A DNA stretch of 64,000 bases from an uncultured Acidimicrobiia bacterium (GTDB lineage Bacteria; Actinomycetota; Acidimicrobiia; IMCC26256; CAWATG01). The stretch spans positions 287 to 64,286 of the forward strand of contig CAWATG010000005.1 of NCBI GenBank assembly GCA_963785035.1, read 5' to 3'. Both the position numbers and the translations under genes were made by a program. The notes beneath the pieces were generated by a model. It was not told where the DNA came from, ran no database searches, and saw only the letters and a program-made list of their open reading frames with translations. Positions 49,315-61,007 of the stretch are shown in pieces (position 1 is the first letter of the stretch; each line of letters starts with the position of its first letter).

Positions 49315-51703
49315 CGATCCCAAAATGCCATCACGGTCGCTCGCCGACGCGCTGCATCCGCCGTTGCTAGCCGGTCGATACTTGCGGCACGGTTGACCCC
49401 GTAGTGCGTCACACGCCGGAAGCCCTCCTTGCGCCTTCACGCCCTGGAGAATCGGCAGCGTCAACCTCGACGGGAACGCGGGAGATCGCGCGATTGTGTT
49501 GACCGTCGTGCCCTCTTCGATCGTCTGGAAACGCCACGAGGGCCGATCTCCGCCAGGGGCAGCCAGGGTGACACGCAACCGCGAGCCCGCACGAAACACG
49601 TGACCGACAGGATCCAATGGCACGCGCACGAGCGTGTACACACCCCCTGGGAGCTTCTTGGAATCGCGACGAGCATGGGACGGGACCGCCTGAAGGAGCG
49701 TCGACACGCCAGGCAACAACGTCCGATGGGATGCCCGCAACCAGCCGCTCTGAACGTAGGTCTCCTTTCCATCAGGGCGCACCTCACTCAACGTCACCTG
49801 AAGGTCCGTATCAGGAGCGCTTGAGCGCACATACAACGACAGGCTTGACGGCCCCATGACCACAAGGTCGTCGCGCAATTTGGCTGTGACGTAGCCAAGC
49901 CCGTTTCCCCGCACTATGGGCGTCCACCGGTAGTCGGGCTGCGCCGCCCACGCGTCGCTCCCCACTTGACCGTCGAGTGTTTGGATGGGTCGCACCAATG
50001 GATCAGACCGATAGCGATCCGAACCCTTGACTCTTGGCGGTGTGCGACGCAGCGTACCCCGGCTACCGAGATAGAAAGCAGTCGGCTCGGCCTCGACCGG
50101 TGGCCACGACGCGAACGACATCTTCCAAGTCGGTTGCATCGCGCCCTTACCCTCAGACCCCGCGCCATTGTCCATGTACACCGTGACACGCGGATCAGAG
50201 GCGAAGATCCCCCGAGCCGCCGCAACGTCAGACATACCCGCAAACCGCGACTGTTCGATAGGTGCGGCCGGCGAGTCGGCAAGCGCGTCGTAGAACGCCT
50301 TCGACTCCGTCAACAAACCCGCCGGCACCACTGGGATCTCATCGGCGACAAACAACTTCAAGAACTCGAACCACCTCGTCAATGTCGCAGGACCGAGCGA
50401 ATCGATATGCGTGCCTCCCACGATCGAAACCCAGACATCGTCGGAAGGCAACAGCCGAATCATGTCCGGCCAGTGACCGCCCGTTTGCTCATCCTGAAAC
50501 GCACCGACCAAGAACACCGGAACCGAAATCTTCGGAGCCCATGCCGATGCCGATCTGGGCTCGTACACCGCCTTTGTGCGATACGGGTTGGACCGCAGGA
50601 CGGCGAACACGTCAACCGCTTGACCGTGGAGCCGCTGGTTCTCTTTGCAGCGTCGATCACCACGTTTCACGAGTTCACGCGCGTAGGGCAATCCGCCGCC
50701 GGGCGCGGCGCGCGCATTGTCCACGCGCGCCTCCAACCACGTTTTCGCAAAGCCGGTGTTGAACATCCCGCCCGGAAACCCAGGCTCGCGATACAAGTCG
50801 TCCGTCACCGACATCGCTGCCATAGCTGCGAGATGCGGCGGCCTCGTACCCGCAACGTAGAACTGAGCAATACCGGAATACGACAGGCCGACAAGGCCAA
50901 CCTTGTTCCCTTTCACGAATGGCTGAGCGGCGACAATCTCGACCGCGTCATAGCCGTCGTAGGTCGTCGGCAGGTCGAACAGGTCGAACGCACCACCCGA
51001 GCAGCCCGTTCCCCGCATCTGCACGCTCACCGATGCGAAGCCCAAGAGCGGGGCCAACAACGACCCGACGACCATCGAACTGTCCGGCGCGAGCGGGTCG
51101 GCACGTCGCGTTGGATCGAGGCGTTGCGCGGCGACGTCATCGATCATGCTGTTCGGCGCCGCGGCCTGATTCCCGGATATCTCAAGCACCGTCGGGAATG
51201 GACCGTCAGCCATCGTCTTTCCCGGTGGAAGCCGGACGACCATCGCCAACTCGACACCGTCACGCATCCGCACGTAGTTGAGGCCCGCTATGAGCTTCTG
51301 ACTCGTGTAGAGCGATGGATCTGGAACGACTGATCCGTCGAGCACGGCGAAGGGCACGGACGTCGCCGACCGTGGACCATGGCTCACCCGGTAGCCCGAA
51401 CCCGGTTTCACGCCGTAGAACACAAAGCTCCCGAAGCCATCTGCCGCGGCCTCTTGCGATGCTATCGCCATGTTCGTCGAGCAGTCGTAGATCTGTGCCC
51501 GGCTCAGCTTCGACGACGTTGGCTCGACCAACGCTGCCAAACGCTCGCAACGTCGCCTGCGTTACCACCCGCGCCTTTGCTGTCGGATCTGTGGCAGTCG
51601 GCAGTGCGACCGCTGGACCACAACCCACTGCAACCGCAACGATGATCGTCACCACCAGAAGCACCGGCGCGAAATCCGCCCTGTGTCGCAGCTTGACGCC
51701 CAC
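49117..51703 (-). pseudogene. CocE/NonD-family (S15 X-Pro dipeptidyl-peptidase-like) serine hydrolase, putative lipoprotein; one frame break near the N-terminus as assembled
   Basis: Signal peptide/lipobox MGVKLRHRADFAPVLLVVTIIVAVAVGC (ORF 51260..51703) -> LVEPTSSKLSRAQIYDC...hydrolase body with GLSYSG nucleophile (ORF 49117..51540). The break is near ~51535. The last ~65 codons overlap the convergent gene and may be a spurious tail. Confidence 0.7.
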
Positions 51704-51708
51704 TCACA

Positions 51709-54108
51709 TCACGTCGCTGTTGTGCGGCGAACCCACCACACCACCTCGAGCGCGACGATCGCGAACGCAACCATGACAGCGACCTCGAAACCGAGCGCTG
51801 CGAACGGAGCGTCCAGCGCGAAGAACTCGGCAGCTCGCGGTATCGCCACAACGGCGCATGCCGCAGTGACAATGGCTGCGACAAGACCGACCCGCCATGG
51901 CGTCAATGGACGGGCCGCCAGCACCAACACCCAAAGACTCACGGCGAGCAAGACCAGCGTTGCAACCGTCGTCGACTGCTCGCGACTGAGATCCCGATCA
52001 AGCGCGAGCCCATATGCCGACAGACACGTGAGAGCAGCAATCGCGCCCCCGGGCACAGCAAATCGCAGCACGCGACTAATGAATCCAGGCACGTATCGCG
52101 CGGTAGATGGTGCAAGCGATAGGAAAAATGCAGGGATTCCGATCGTGAGGTCACCAATCACCGTGACATGGCGTGGCAGGAGCGGAAATTGCCATCCCTC
52201 CTCGAGCACCATCTCCGTAATCACGATCACGACGGCCAACAGCATGCTGTAGACGGTCTTTGTCAAGAACAGGTTCGAGACCCGCTCAATGTTGGAAATG
52301 ACGCGTCGCCCCTCGCTCACGACTCCCGGCATCCTTGCGAACTTACCGTCAAGAAGCACGAGCTGCGCGACCGCACGAGTTGCCGCCGCTCCGGATCCCA
52401 TAGCGATGCCGATGTCAGCATCCTTCAATGCCAGTGCGTCGTTGACGCCATCGCCCGTCATTGCCACGACATGCCCGCTGGACTGCAGTGCACGCACCAT
52501 CGAGCGCTTCTGGTGGGGCGTGACACGACCGAACACAGCGTGTGTTTCCAGAAGTGCAGCAAGCTCCGCCTCATCTTCGGGAAGCTCTCGGGCGTCGAAG
52601 ATCGCCTCGGCGTTCGGAAGCCCTACTCGTGCAGCCACCGCACCAACGGTGTGCGGATTGTCGCCAGAGATCACACGAAGCCCGACGCCTTGCTCCGTGA
52701 AATATGCAAGCGTCTCGCGAGCATCATCTCGAACCTTTTCCTCCAACGTCACGAGTGCGACGGCATGCAGGGCCGACGGAAGCTCCTCTCCGCTGGGCTG
52801 TTCATCGCTCCTTGCGCAGAGCAACACGCGCTTCCCGGTGGCAGCAAGTTCCGTCGCTCGCACACGCGCAGCCGCGATCGCACCGGTGTCATTGATGCTG
52901 TCCCACAGCATTTCCGGGGCGCCCAGTACCCACGTGCCATGTGTCTCGAACGTGACCGAGCTCCACTTGCGAGCCGAGGAGAACGGCACCTGGCCTAGGC
53001 GAGTCCATGGCACCACCGGTGGAACGCAACCCTCGCCGACTGCGCGAAGCGTCGCATTCGCATCAGGATCAACGGCCATCGCACCGAGTGCTTCCTGGGC
53101 TCGCGCAACCCCGCTCTCATCGGCAACCGCTTCGATACCGGCGAACTCAACCTCGCCCTCGGTCAAGGTTCCCGTCTTGTCCAAACAGACGATGTCGACT
53201 CGGGCCAGTCCCTCCACTGCAGGGAGTTCCTGAACCAAGACCTTCCGTCGAGCCAAGGTCGTCGCTGCAACCGCAAAAGCAATGCTCGTCAACAGCACCA
53301 GTCCCTGGGGAACCATCCCGACGACAGCAGCAATGGTCGATCGGAGCGCGCCGGCAACGTCGCTGTCATGTGACGCGAACTGGCTCCAATACAAAAAACC
53401 GGCCACAGGAACAAGCGCCCACGTCACGAAACGCAGAATGACGTTGATGCCATCCATGAGCTCCGAACGCGTCAGCGCAAAACGGCGAGCCTCGATCGCG
53501 AGCTTCCGTGCATACGCCTGATCACCCACTCGTGTTGCCTGGAACTGGCCTGAGCCGGCTACCACGAAACTCCCCGAGAGCACCTCGTCGATCCAGACCC
53601 TTGACAACGGGATCCGATTCGCCGGTTAGTAACGACTCATCCAATTCGAGTCCGGTCGAAGTCCGAACGATGCCGTCACAGGGAACCTGATCGCCGACGC
53701 GAAGCACGACAGGAGGTCATCGAGCACGACATCATCGACGGCAATGTCATGTTCCGCGCCACCACGCACGACGCAGGCGTGCGGTGCGTTCAGTACAGCG
53801 AGGCGGTCAAGCGTTCGCTTCGCACGCAATTCCTGGACAATGCCGATCAAGGCATTCGACACCAACACGCCCACGAACAAGCCGTCTTGAATCGGCCCGA
53901 TCACGACGATGATGCCGAACATCACACCCAAGATCGCGTTAAAACGGGTAAAGATATTCGCAGATGCAATTTGGGCAAATGTTCTGCTCGTGCGCGCCGA
54001 GCTACGGTTGTCATCACCACGAGCGCGACGGTCAGCAGCCTCTGACTCCGTGAGCCCTTCCGGGTTCGTGACCCATGTGCTCAGCGACGCTTCACCAGTC
54101 TCAATCAC
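51709..54108 (-). pseudogene. Cation-transporting P-type ATPase (HAD-IC family); a pair of frame breaks ~100 bp apart as assembled
   Basis: I propose GTG 54108 as the start. Reading: ...DIAVDDVVLDDLL (ORF 53626..54234) -> LRVGDQVPCDGIVRTSTGLELDESLLTGESDPVVKG (ORF 53522..53707) -> IDEVLSGSFVVAGSG...CLDKTGTLT...GDGVNDALALKDADIGIAMG (ORF 51709..53607). Confidence 0.8.
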
Positions 54109-54133
54109 AATGATTGTGCCCGCAATTTCCTGA

Positions 54134-55369
54134 TCACTTCGGTGCGCGTGGGACAACGAGCATGACCTGACCTGTGTCGTCGTCCTCTCGAAGCTGGAAT
54201 CCGCACAGTTCCGCCAGGCCAGCGTGGCCTTCATCAGGACCGCTCGCGATCAGCTCGTCACCCGCGGAGAGACGGATGTTGCCACGCGGCCGATAGAAGT
54301 ACCGCCCGGCACGACGAATAGCGAGCAGGTAATAGCCCGTTTCCATCTCGAGTCGAAGTTCGCCCAGTTTCTTCCCGTCGACGGCAGAACCTGCTGCGAC
54401 TGGAACCCGCACGATGACCTCGTCAGAAGCGCCAAGCGCAACCGCCAACACGGGATGCATCTCCTCGCCCTTCTCGACAAGCCACACCATTTGCTGGGCG
54501 GCGTCGCCGATCTCCTCCGCAGCACCACCCAGGTGTAAGAGCCCTCTCAGCGATGACGGATCCACCGTTTGGGCAGCACCGCGCAAGACCCAGAGTTCGA
54601 GACGCTCCTTCATCTCATCGAGGCGGTCCTCCAGATGAGCAACCTCGGTCGCAAGTCCAAGGTCATTGAACAGCAACGAAGAATACGCAAGGCCGACTGC
54701 CACCTCCGAGACGTTTTTCATCTCGACCAACACATCCACAGCGCGGTCCAGATCGGTAATCGCCGGGTCTTCTTCGACCTCAGGAGCACGCCATTCCGGC
54801 GCTCCTGCAAGCGTGCGTAACGCGCCGATACCCGCCGCAGCACCACGCAGGAAAAGGACATCGTTCGGCATGAGCATCTCATCGCCATCGGGATCGATAA
54901 TCCATGCCTTGCCACGGCGCATGGCAACCACCCTCATCCCTACCTCGGTTGGTAACTCGACATCGGCGAGCGTCCTTCGGGTGAGTGCCGACGCTTCACG
55001 AATTCGAACTCGATGCGAGACCTCTTCGGCTGCCGCAAGGTCCGCGACCAAGGCCGGAGGGATACCCAAGTCGTGAGTGACAATGCGCGAAATATCACCT
55101 GCAGCATTTGCCATGCGCTCGATAGCGGAGACCACGTGGAGCACACTCGACATCTGCTCGGCCTCACGTGGCGAACGCGCCGCCAGCACGCAGGTCTCGC
55201 GCATGGCGTGCATGAGCTCAATCAGCACATCGCCGAGCTGATGCACCTCTTCGGCCATCCCGACGTCGCCGAAGAACAGCGCCGCGTACGCCAGGTCGAC
55301 CATCAACTCCGAGGTGTCCTTTGCCTCAGAGAGCATCGCCTTGAGATTTTTCGGTCGCTCGTCAGTCAT
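54134..55369 (-). CDS. Duplicated PhoU-like + TrkA-C (RCK C-terminal) domain regulatory protein
   Basis: Intact 411-aa ORF with two similar halves. Each half is a helical PhoU-like segment (DLAYAALFF.../VGLAYSSLLF...) followed by a TrkA-C-like beta domain (GMRVVAMRRG...DVLFLRG / YYLLAIRRAG...DELIASG). It starts 3 nt after the upstream stop. Confidence 0.65.
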   Translation of the reverse strand: MTDERPKNLKAMLSEAKDTSELMVDLAYAALFFGDVGMAEEVHQLGDVLIELMHAMRETCVLAARSPREAEQMSSVLHVVSAIERMANAAGDISRIVTHDLGIPPALVADLAAAEEVSHRVRIREASALTRRTLADVELPTEVGMRVVAMRRGKAWIIDPDGDEMLMPNDVLFLRGAAAGIGALRTLAGAPEWRAPEVEEDPAITDLDRAVDVLVEMKNVSEVAVGLAYSSLLFNDLGLATEVAHLEDRLDEMKERLELWVLRGAAQTVDPSSLRGLLHLGGAAEEIGDAAQQMVWLVEKGEEMHPVLAVALGASDEVIVRVPVAAGSAVDGKKLGELRLEMETGYYLLAIRRAGRYFYRPRGNIRLSAGDELIASGPDEGHAGLAELCGFQLREDDDTGQVMLVVPRAPK

Positions 55370-55372
55370 ACG

Positions 55373-56608
55373 TCACGTCAGTCCGAATACCACAATGGCC
55401 AGAATAAGCGACAGGGCGCCCAACAGATCGAGGCTTGAGGTCACGATGGGAATCCCATGATTGTCCGGGTCGAGTCCAAGGCGCCGCGACGTCACCGCAC
55501 CGTAGTAGCCGATCACCACGGCACAGGTCGTCGCGAAGAAACCCGCAAGCACGGAAACCCCGACCATCGTCGCCAATCCTGGGCCGCGCAGATTCACTAC
55601 GGACGCCGCAATTTCTGATGAGACACCGAGGAAAATGAACACTGGAACTGCGTAAACGTAGATTAGGAGAATATCGCCGCCCACCGTCTGCAGGGGCGAC
55701 CTGGACAAATCAAGAGTCCCCAGATGGAGTTTGGTGGACACCCTCGCCGCCAGAATGCCCCCAAGCGACCCGGCGTCCTCAAGAAATGGCGGGACCAACA
55801 CCAACAAGGCCGGGTACACCATAAATGAATCAAGACGTTTCTGAATCGTGATACCCGCGATCACATCGACGGTGCCGGCCAACACGAGCACGGGCGCGGA
55901 CTCGCGCACAATCCTGCGAACGATTGGCAGACGGCTTCGCAGGCTCATGACAAGCGACACGGTGGCACCGACCCCACAGATGACTGCGATCGCGGGCGTC
56001 ACCCACCGGATCCCAACAAGGTGCGTGGCCAGGAACAGCGCTGGGAGCGTCACCATGTCACCCGCGGCCGTCACGATCGGTGAGGCGACGTTATCGAGAT
56101 CCCAGCTCCTCCGGACACTTACCCAGGCGACGAACACCGTGATGCCCATCACCACGACCGATGACAGCAAGCCACCAATGACCGAGATCACAGCGAGGTC
56201 CAACACGCTGATCGAATCGACGAGACCGAATCCGACCGACACGACACGCGGAAGAACCGCAAGCACTAACGAGATCGAGACAGACAGGGCGAAAGACGCG
56301 ACCAAATTCTGTCCGAACAGCGTGTCGCGCCGGCGCGACAGCACAAACGTTCCAGCGTGAATCGCAGTGCCGAGACGGCTGCCGAGCGCGCCGAAGATGT
56401 TGCCCCGCATACCAATCGCAGCGGGGACGAGCACCAACAGACCCGGGAGACTCTCGAGGGTCCCGGTAATCGAACCGAGCGTCAGACCCGCGAGAAGATC
56501 ACCGGCAGAGGAGATAAGCAGCGCGACGAATCCCGCTCGGACCCCGATCGGGTCTGAGCGCACCAACGCGCGGAATCGCGCGACGAGGACGCGCAACCAG
56601 CGGAACAT
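55373..56608 (-). CDS. Tandem MgtE-type transmembrane-domain (SLC41-like) divalent-cation transporter lacking the cytosolic MgtE N/CBS domains
   Basis: Intact 411-aa polytopic protein with two homologous halves (PGLLVLVPAAIGMRGNIFGALGSRL... / PALLVLVPPFLEDAGSLGGILAARV...; DNVASPIVTAAGD / DNHGIPIVTSSLD). Confidence 0.7.
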   Translation of the reverse strand: MFRWLRVLVARFRALVRSDPIGVRAGFVALLISSAGDLLAGLTLGSITGTLESLPGLLVLVPAAIGMRGNIFGALGSRLGTAIHAGTFVLSRRRDTLFGQNLVASFALSVSISLVLAVLPRVVSVGFGLVDSISVLDLAVISVIGGLLSSVVVMGITVFVAWVSVRRSWDLDNVASPIVTAAGDMVTLPALFLATHLVGIRWVTPAIAVICGVGATVSLVMSLRSRLPIVRRIVRESAPVLVLAGTVDVIAGITIQKRLDSFMVYPALLVLVPPFLEDAGSLGGILAARVSTKLHLGTLDLSRSPLQTVGGDILLIYVYAVPVFIFLGVSSEIAASVVNLRGPGLATMVGVSVLAGFFATTCAVVIGYYGAVTSRRLGLDPDNHGIPIVTSSLDLLGALSLILAIVVFGLT

Positions 56609-56721
56609 GGGTACTCGGAGGCTCGTTCATCAGGCATTCTCGGTCTCATCGGCCCGCGCAAGGGTAGTCTCCCGCCGATGGTCCTTCGTGCCACCGCCGT
56701 GGGCGCGTAGTCTCCTCCCCC

Positions 56722-57366
56722 GTGCGGAAGACCGGTTTTGAATGCGGCCAGGTTCTCTTCCTTACCCACAGCGGCGACGTCGACGAGCGAGGTGTCCGGG
56801 TCGTCATCGAGGCGATCCAGGATCAGCGCCTCACCGTTGTATCCGTCGATGGCGAAGAGTTAGATGCCTCCTTCGCCGAGGACAGCACCGTGTGGGCCAA
56901 TTTCCTCTCACCCCGCGGCATGTTCGTTGTCGAGATGTTGGTCAGCCGCTCCGGTAAGACGACAGCCGCGCTCGACGTTCCCGACAACCTGCACGAAGCG
57001 CAACAACGCCAACACGTCCGAGTACGAGCCGACATTCCGATCTCATGCCTTCTCCTCGACGATGAGGCCAACGAGTTCTCCCAGTTCGTCGCCCGCATGA
57101 TCGACATCAGCGGCGGAGGCATGGCGATCGCCGGTGACGTCATTGCACCGGATCGATCGCGCGTCGTCTGTTCGATCGCTCTACCAAACGAAGCGCCGGC
57201 CATTGCCATTGGACTCGTTCTCGGCTCCGACCTTCCCACCAAGGAAGGGCACACGGCCCACACTCTGCGCGTGCGATTCGATGTGATCTCCGAGGGAGAA
57301 CGCGACCGGGTCATCCGTTGGGTCTTCGCCAACCTCCGCAAGCTCGCACAGGAGGGCCTCGCCTGA
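56722..57366 (+). CDS. PilZ-domain c-di-GMP-binding protein (YcgR-like architecture)
   Basis: RxxxR (QRQHVR) and D-x-S-x-x-G (DISGGG) lie about 35 residues apart, preceded by an N-terminal beta-rich domain. The GTG start is uncertain. Confidence 0.7.
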   Translation: MRKTGFECGQVLFLTHSGDVDERGVRVVIEAIQDQRLTVVSVDGEELDASFAEDSTVWANFLSPRGMFVVEMLVSRSGKTTAALDVPDNLHEAQQRQHVRVRADIPISCLLLDDEANEFSQFVARMIDISGGGMAIAGDVIAPDRSRVVCSIALPNEAPAIAIGLVLGSDLPTKEGHTAHTLRVRFDVISEGERDRVIRWVFANLRKLAQEGLA

Positions 57367-57386
57367 CCGCGTCGTAGTACCCACGT

Positions 57387-60300
57387 CTACCGAAAGTCTC
57401 TGGAGTGCAACGATCCGGCCAGGCTGATCGGTAAGCGCGTGATCCGCGTCGCGACAAGGTTGGTCACCCCCTGATGGCGTTCCACGACACCTCGTACCCG
57501 TAACGCCGGCGCACCACGAGCCGCGACACGAAACCGCTTCCACACGCCCCTCGAACAGATCACATTGATGAGACCTGTCTCATCCTCGAGATTCAGAAAC
57601 ACCGTTCCCTTCGCCGTTTCGGGCTGCTGCCGATGCGTCACGATTCCGGCAACTTCCACCACACTGCGATCAGAAACGGTGCGCATCTGTTCGGCCGTGA
57701 TGACACCTTGCGCCGCAAGGTCATCACGCACGAACTCCGTCGGATGTCGCCCCGGCGACATCCCCATCGACCACAGATCTGACGCCAGCTCCTCGGACTC
57801 GCTCATCCCCGGAAGCTCGGGTGCATCCACGCCGCAGAGCAGCCCTGGCAAGGTCGCCGCCACCACCCCATCAGCGGTGACTCTGGCTCGAGCGTCACGC
57901 AACGCTCCCGCAGCCCACATCGAAGTTCGCCGCGCTTGACCGAAGGACTGTTCAAACACGCCCGCCGCTGCGAGTACCTCGACGACATCGACAGTGGCAC
58001 CCGTACGGCGGACAAAATCCTCGAGACTTTCGAACGGGCGCTCAGTACGCACACCGTCGACATAGTCGAGAAACACATCGTGCAGCCCACGCACGGACCG
58101 CAGCCCCATCCGTACGGCATGAACCGATGGCTCCGCATACCAACCGGGCAATGGGCGACCAATAGGCTCGACGTGTGACGGACGCGGCTCAAGGGTCGCG
58201 TCACGACGTGAGGCGTTGATGTCGGGACCGAGCACTTCGATACCGTGACGACGGGCATCGCGCACAATCGTGTGCGGCGAGTAAAAGCCCATCGGTTGCG
58301 CGTTGAGCAACGCACAAGCAAACTCCGCTGGGTAGTGATACTTGATCCAGGCGCTCGAGTACACGAGATACGCGAAGCTCACCGAATGACTCTCGGGAAA
58401 ACCGAAGTTTGCAAATGCCTCGAGCTTCTTCGTGATGTCCTGGGCAACCTCGCCGGTGATACCTCGATCGGCCATGCCGTCCAACAATCGAGCACGGAGC
58501 TTGGCCATGCGAACCTGCGACCGTTTCGAGCTCATCGCCTGACGAAGCTGATCGGACTCCGCCGGCGTGAAGCCAGCAACGTCGATTGCCATCTGCATCA
58601 GTTGCTCCTGGAACAGCGGCACGCCCAATGTCTTCGCCAGGCACTTCTCGAGCAGCGGGTGTGGATAGGTGACCGCTTCCTCGCCGTTGCGGCGCCGGAG
58701 GTATGGATGCACGGACCCGCCTTGGATCGGACCAGGTCGGATCAGGGCGATCTCGATCACCAGGTCGTAGAAACACCGCGGTCGTAGTCGTGGCAGGGTC
58801 GCCATCTGCGCTCGACTCTCCACCTGGAACACGCCGATGGTGTCAGCGCTACAGAGCAGGTCATAGACCTCATCTTCTTGAGAAATGGTTGCCAGGTCGA
58901 TCTCGACACCTTCATAACGGGCGATGAGGTCGACAGCGAGGTGCAACATGGTGAGCATGCCCAGGCCGAGAAGATCGAACTTCACCAAGCCGGCAGCAGC
59001 ACAATCGTCCTTGTCCCACTGAAGGACCGATCGGCCTTCCATACGCGCCCACTCAATCGGGCAGTACTCCACCAACGGTCGATCCGCCATCACCATCCCG
59101 CCTGAATGGATCCCGAGATGGCGCGGAAAATCGAGCACCTGCGCGGCGAGATCGAGCGCGAGAGGTGGGATAGCCGGCGGTCGCGTCGCTACCCCCTCGG
59201 CGATATCAGCACCCGATGCGCCGGCTTCAGCCAGCTCAGCAAATGCTTCGGGCCCAGCACTCCAACGCTGTACCCATTTTCCGAGTGCATCGGCTTGGCC
59301 CGGCGCGACGCCCACAACTTTTGCCATCTCACGCAGCGCGGAACGCGGCCGGTACGTAATCACGTTCGCAACCTGGGCAGCACGCTCACGGCCGTAGCAG
59401 TCATAGACGTACTGGATCACTTCCTCACGACGTTGATGTTCGATGTCAAGGTCGATATCGGGTGGACCGTCACGCTCAGGTGACAGGAAGCGTTCGAAGA
59501 GCAGGCCCAGCGCGACGGCATCTGCCTTGGTCACCCCGAGCGCGTAACACACGGCACTGTTCGCGCTGCTCCCCCGTCCTTGGCAGTAGATGTCCGAACG
59601 ACGACAAAAATCAACGATGTCGAACAGCAACAGGAAATACCCGGCAAAGCCGAGCTGATCGATGACCTCCAACTCGTGTGTCGATTTGATGCTGCGCCTG
59701 CTCATGTTGTGGATGCGTCAATGGGTAGTAGACAGCGGCGCCGCGCCAGACGAGCTGACGCAACCAACTCATCTCGGTATGGCCATCGGGCACCGGATAA
59801 TCAGGCAAGTTCGGCGCGGCCAGCCGCAGATCGAACGCGCAGGCCTCCGCAATCTCAACGGTGCGCTCAATCGCTCCAGGCCAACGTGCAAACCTCCGCA
59901 TCTGCTCAGCCGGCGAGCGAAGATGCGCGAGTGGCGAAGCCGGCAGCCATCCGTTTGCCTCGTCAAGCGTTCGGCGTGCCCTGATTGCGCTGAGTGCTGT
60001 CGCCAACGGGCGCTGTGCAGCAGTTGCATAGTGAACGTTGTTTGTTGCCACAACGTTCACTCCCGCAGTGAGTGCAATGTTCGCAAGTGCATCGTTGCGA
60101 TGTCGATCGAGTGGATCATTGTGATCCCAGAGCTCCACGAAGACGCGGTCACGCCCAAACGTCGCCGTGAGGACGTCGAGTTCGCGGCGGGCAGCTGCAG
60201 GCCCGTCAGCCATGAGTGCTGCAGGTACCGTCCCCTTACGACATCCAGTCAGGACGAACCAGGCATCATTGTGTGTTGCAGTATTTCCAGTTGCAGCATT

Positions 60301-60726
60301 TCCATCGGAGACGATGAACAGGCGCCACGCGATGCCGCTCCTAGGGTTGCGAGGTCACAATGGGGCGCGCCTTTCTTCGCCGCGGAGCTGCGCCTGACTG
60401 ATCGCACGTGCCAAGCGCGTGTATCCGACAGGACCTTGCGCCAACACGAGCAGATGCCGTCCTGGTGGATCCGGTGCCCCTGGTTGCGTGGCGCTGCCGT
60501 CGAACGTCATCTCCGCACCGAAGACCGTCGGCAAACCGAGGGGACGCGCCGCCTGAGCGAAACGCACGACGCCGTAGAAGCCATCGTGATCAGTCACCGC
60601 TAGCGCACCGAGACCAAGGCGCACAGCTTCTTCGACAAGCTCCTCGGGGTGACTCGCACCATCAAGAAACGAGAAGTTCGTATGACAGTGCAGCTCTGCG
60701 TATCGTCCGTCTCCCACGTTCTCCAC
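57387..60726 (-). pseudogene. dnaE2: Error-prone DNA polymerase III alpha subunit DnaE2; in-frame TGA plus one frame break as assembled
   Basis: PHP domain (YAELHCHTNFSFLDGAS). An in-frame TGA at 60355-60357 sits inside conserved sequence (...LRGEERRAPL*PRNP...WFVLTGCRKG...). The frame break is near ~59690 (HEQAQHQI | KSTHELEVIDQLGFAGYFLL). The rest is collinear with DnaE2 (CQGRGSSANSAVCYALGVT...). Confidence 0.85.
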
Positions 60727-60784
60727 GCCCTACCCAGCCAAGCTCCTACGGCCTATTCCGCCGCACCCGAGAGCCCAGACGATA

Positions 60785-60800
60785 ACGAACATATGTTCGT
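60785..60800. promoter_or_regulatory. LexA (SOS) box, perfect 16-bp palindrome ACGAACATATGTTCGT
   Basis: It matches the Gram-positive/actinobacterial SOS-box core CGAAC-N4-GTTCG exactly. It is centred about 65 bp upstream of the dnaE2 start (60726, minus strand) and about 215 bp upstream of the divergent HNH gene ATG (61008). Confidence 0.8.
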
Positions 60801-61007
60801 ATCGTCAATTGGCCGGCCGCACGATCCAGCGAATCCGCTCGGCATGACTGGTCGAACCCGATCTGCGAGAACGACACTCCGCGGTCATGATGACGACAGG
60901 TGAGAGCTTCAACGTCCCCCTGGTTCACCCCAGTACCGGCGGCGCCACAACGCCCCGATCCGGACGTCTGCGGAATAACTGTCATATACCGCCGTCACAC
61001 TGTGGGT

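Noticed and set aside
56655-56706. Direct repeat GTAGTCTCC (56655-56663 and 56698-56706) in the mgtE-like/pilZ divergent promoter.
   Set aside because: A 9-mer recurring within 50 bp is close to chance expectation over the window, and I recognise no known binding-site consensus. It is noted only as a place to look if the operon is studied.
60352-60360. TGA in dnaE2 as selenocysteine or TGA-to-Trp/Gly recoding.
   Set aside because: Many genes in the window terminate normally at TGA (for example abiEi, gltB and the PD-(D/E)XK nuclease gene). I saw no SECIS-like hairpin immediately downstream, and alternative genetic codes are not expected in a GC-rich actinobacterial-type genome.
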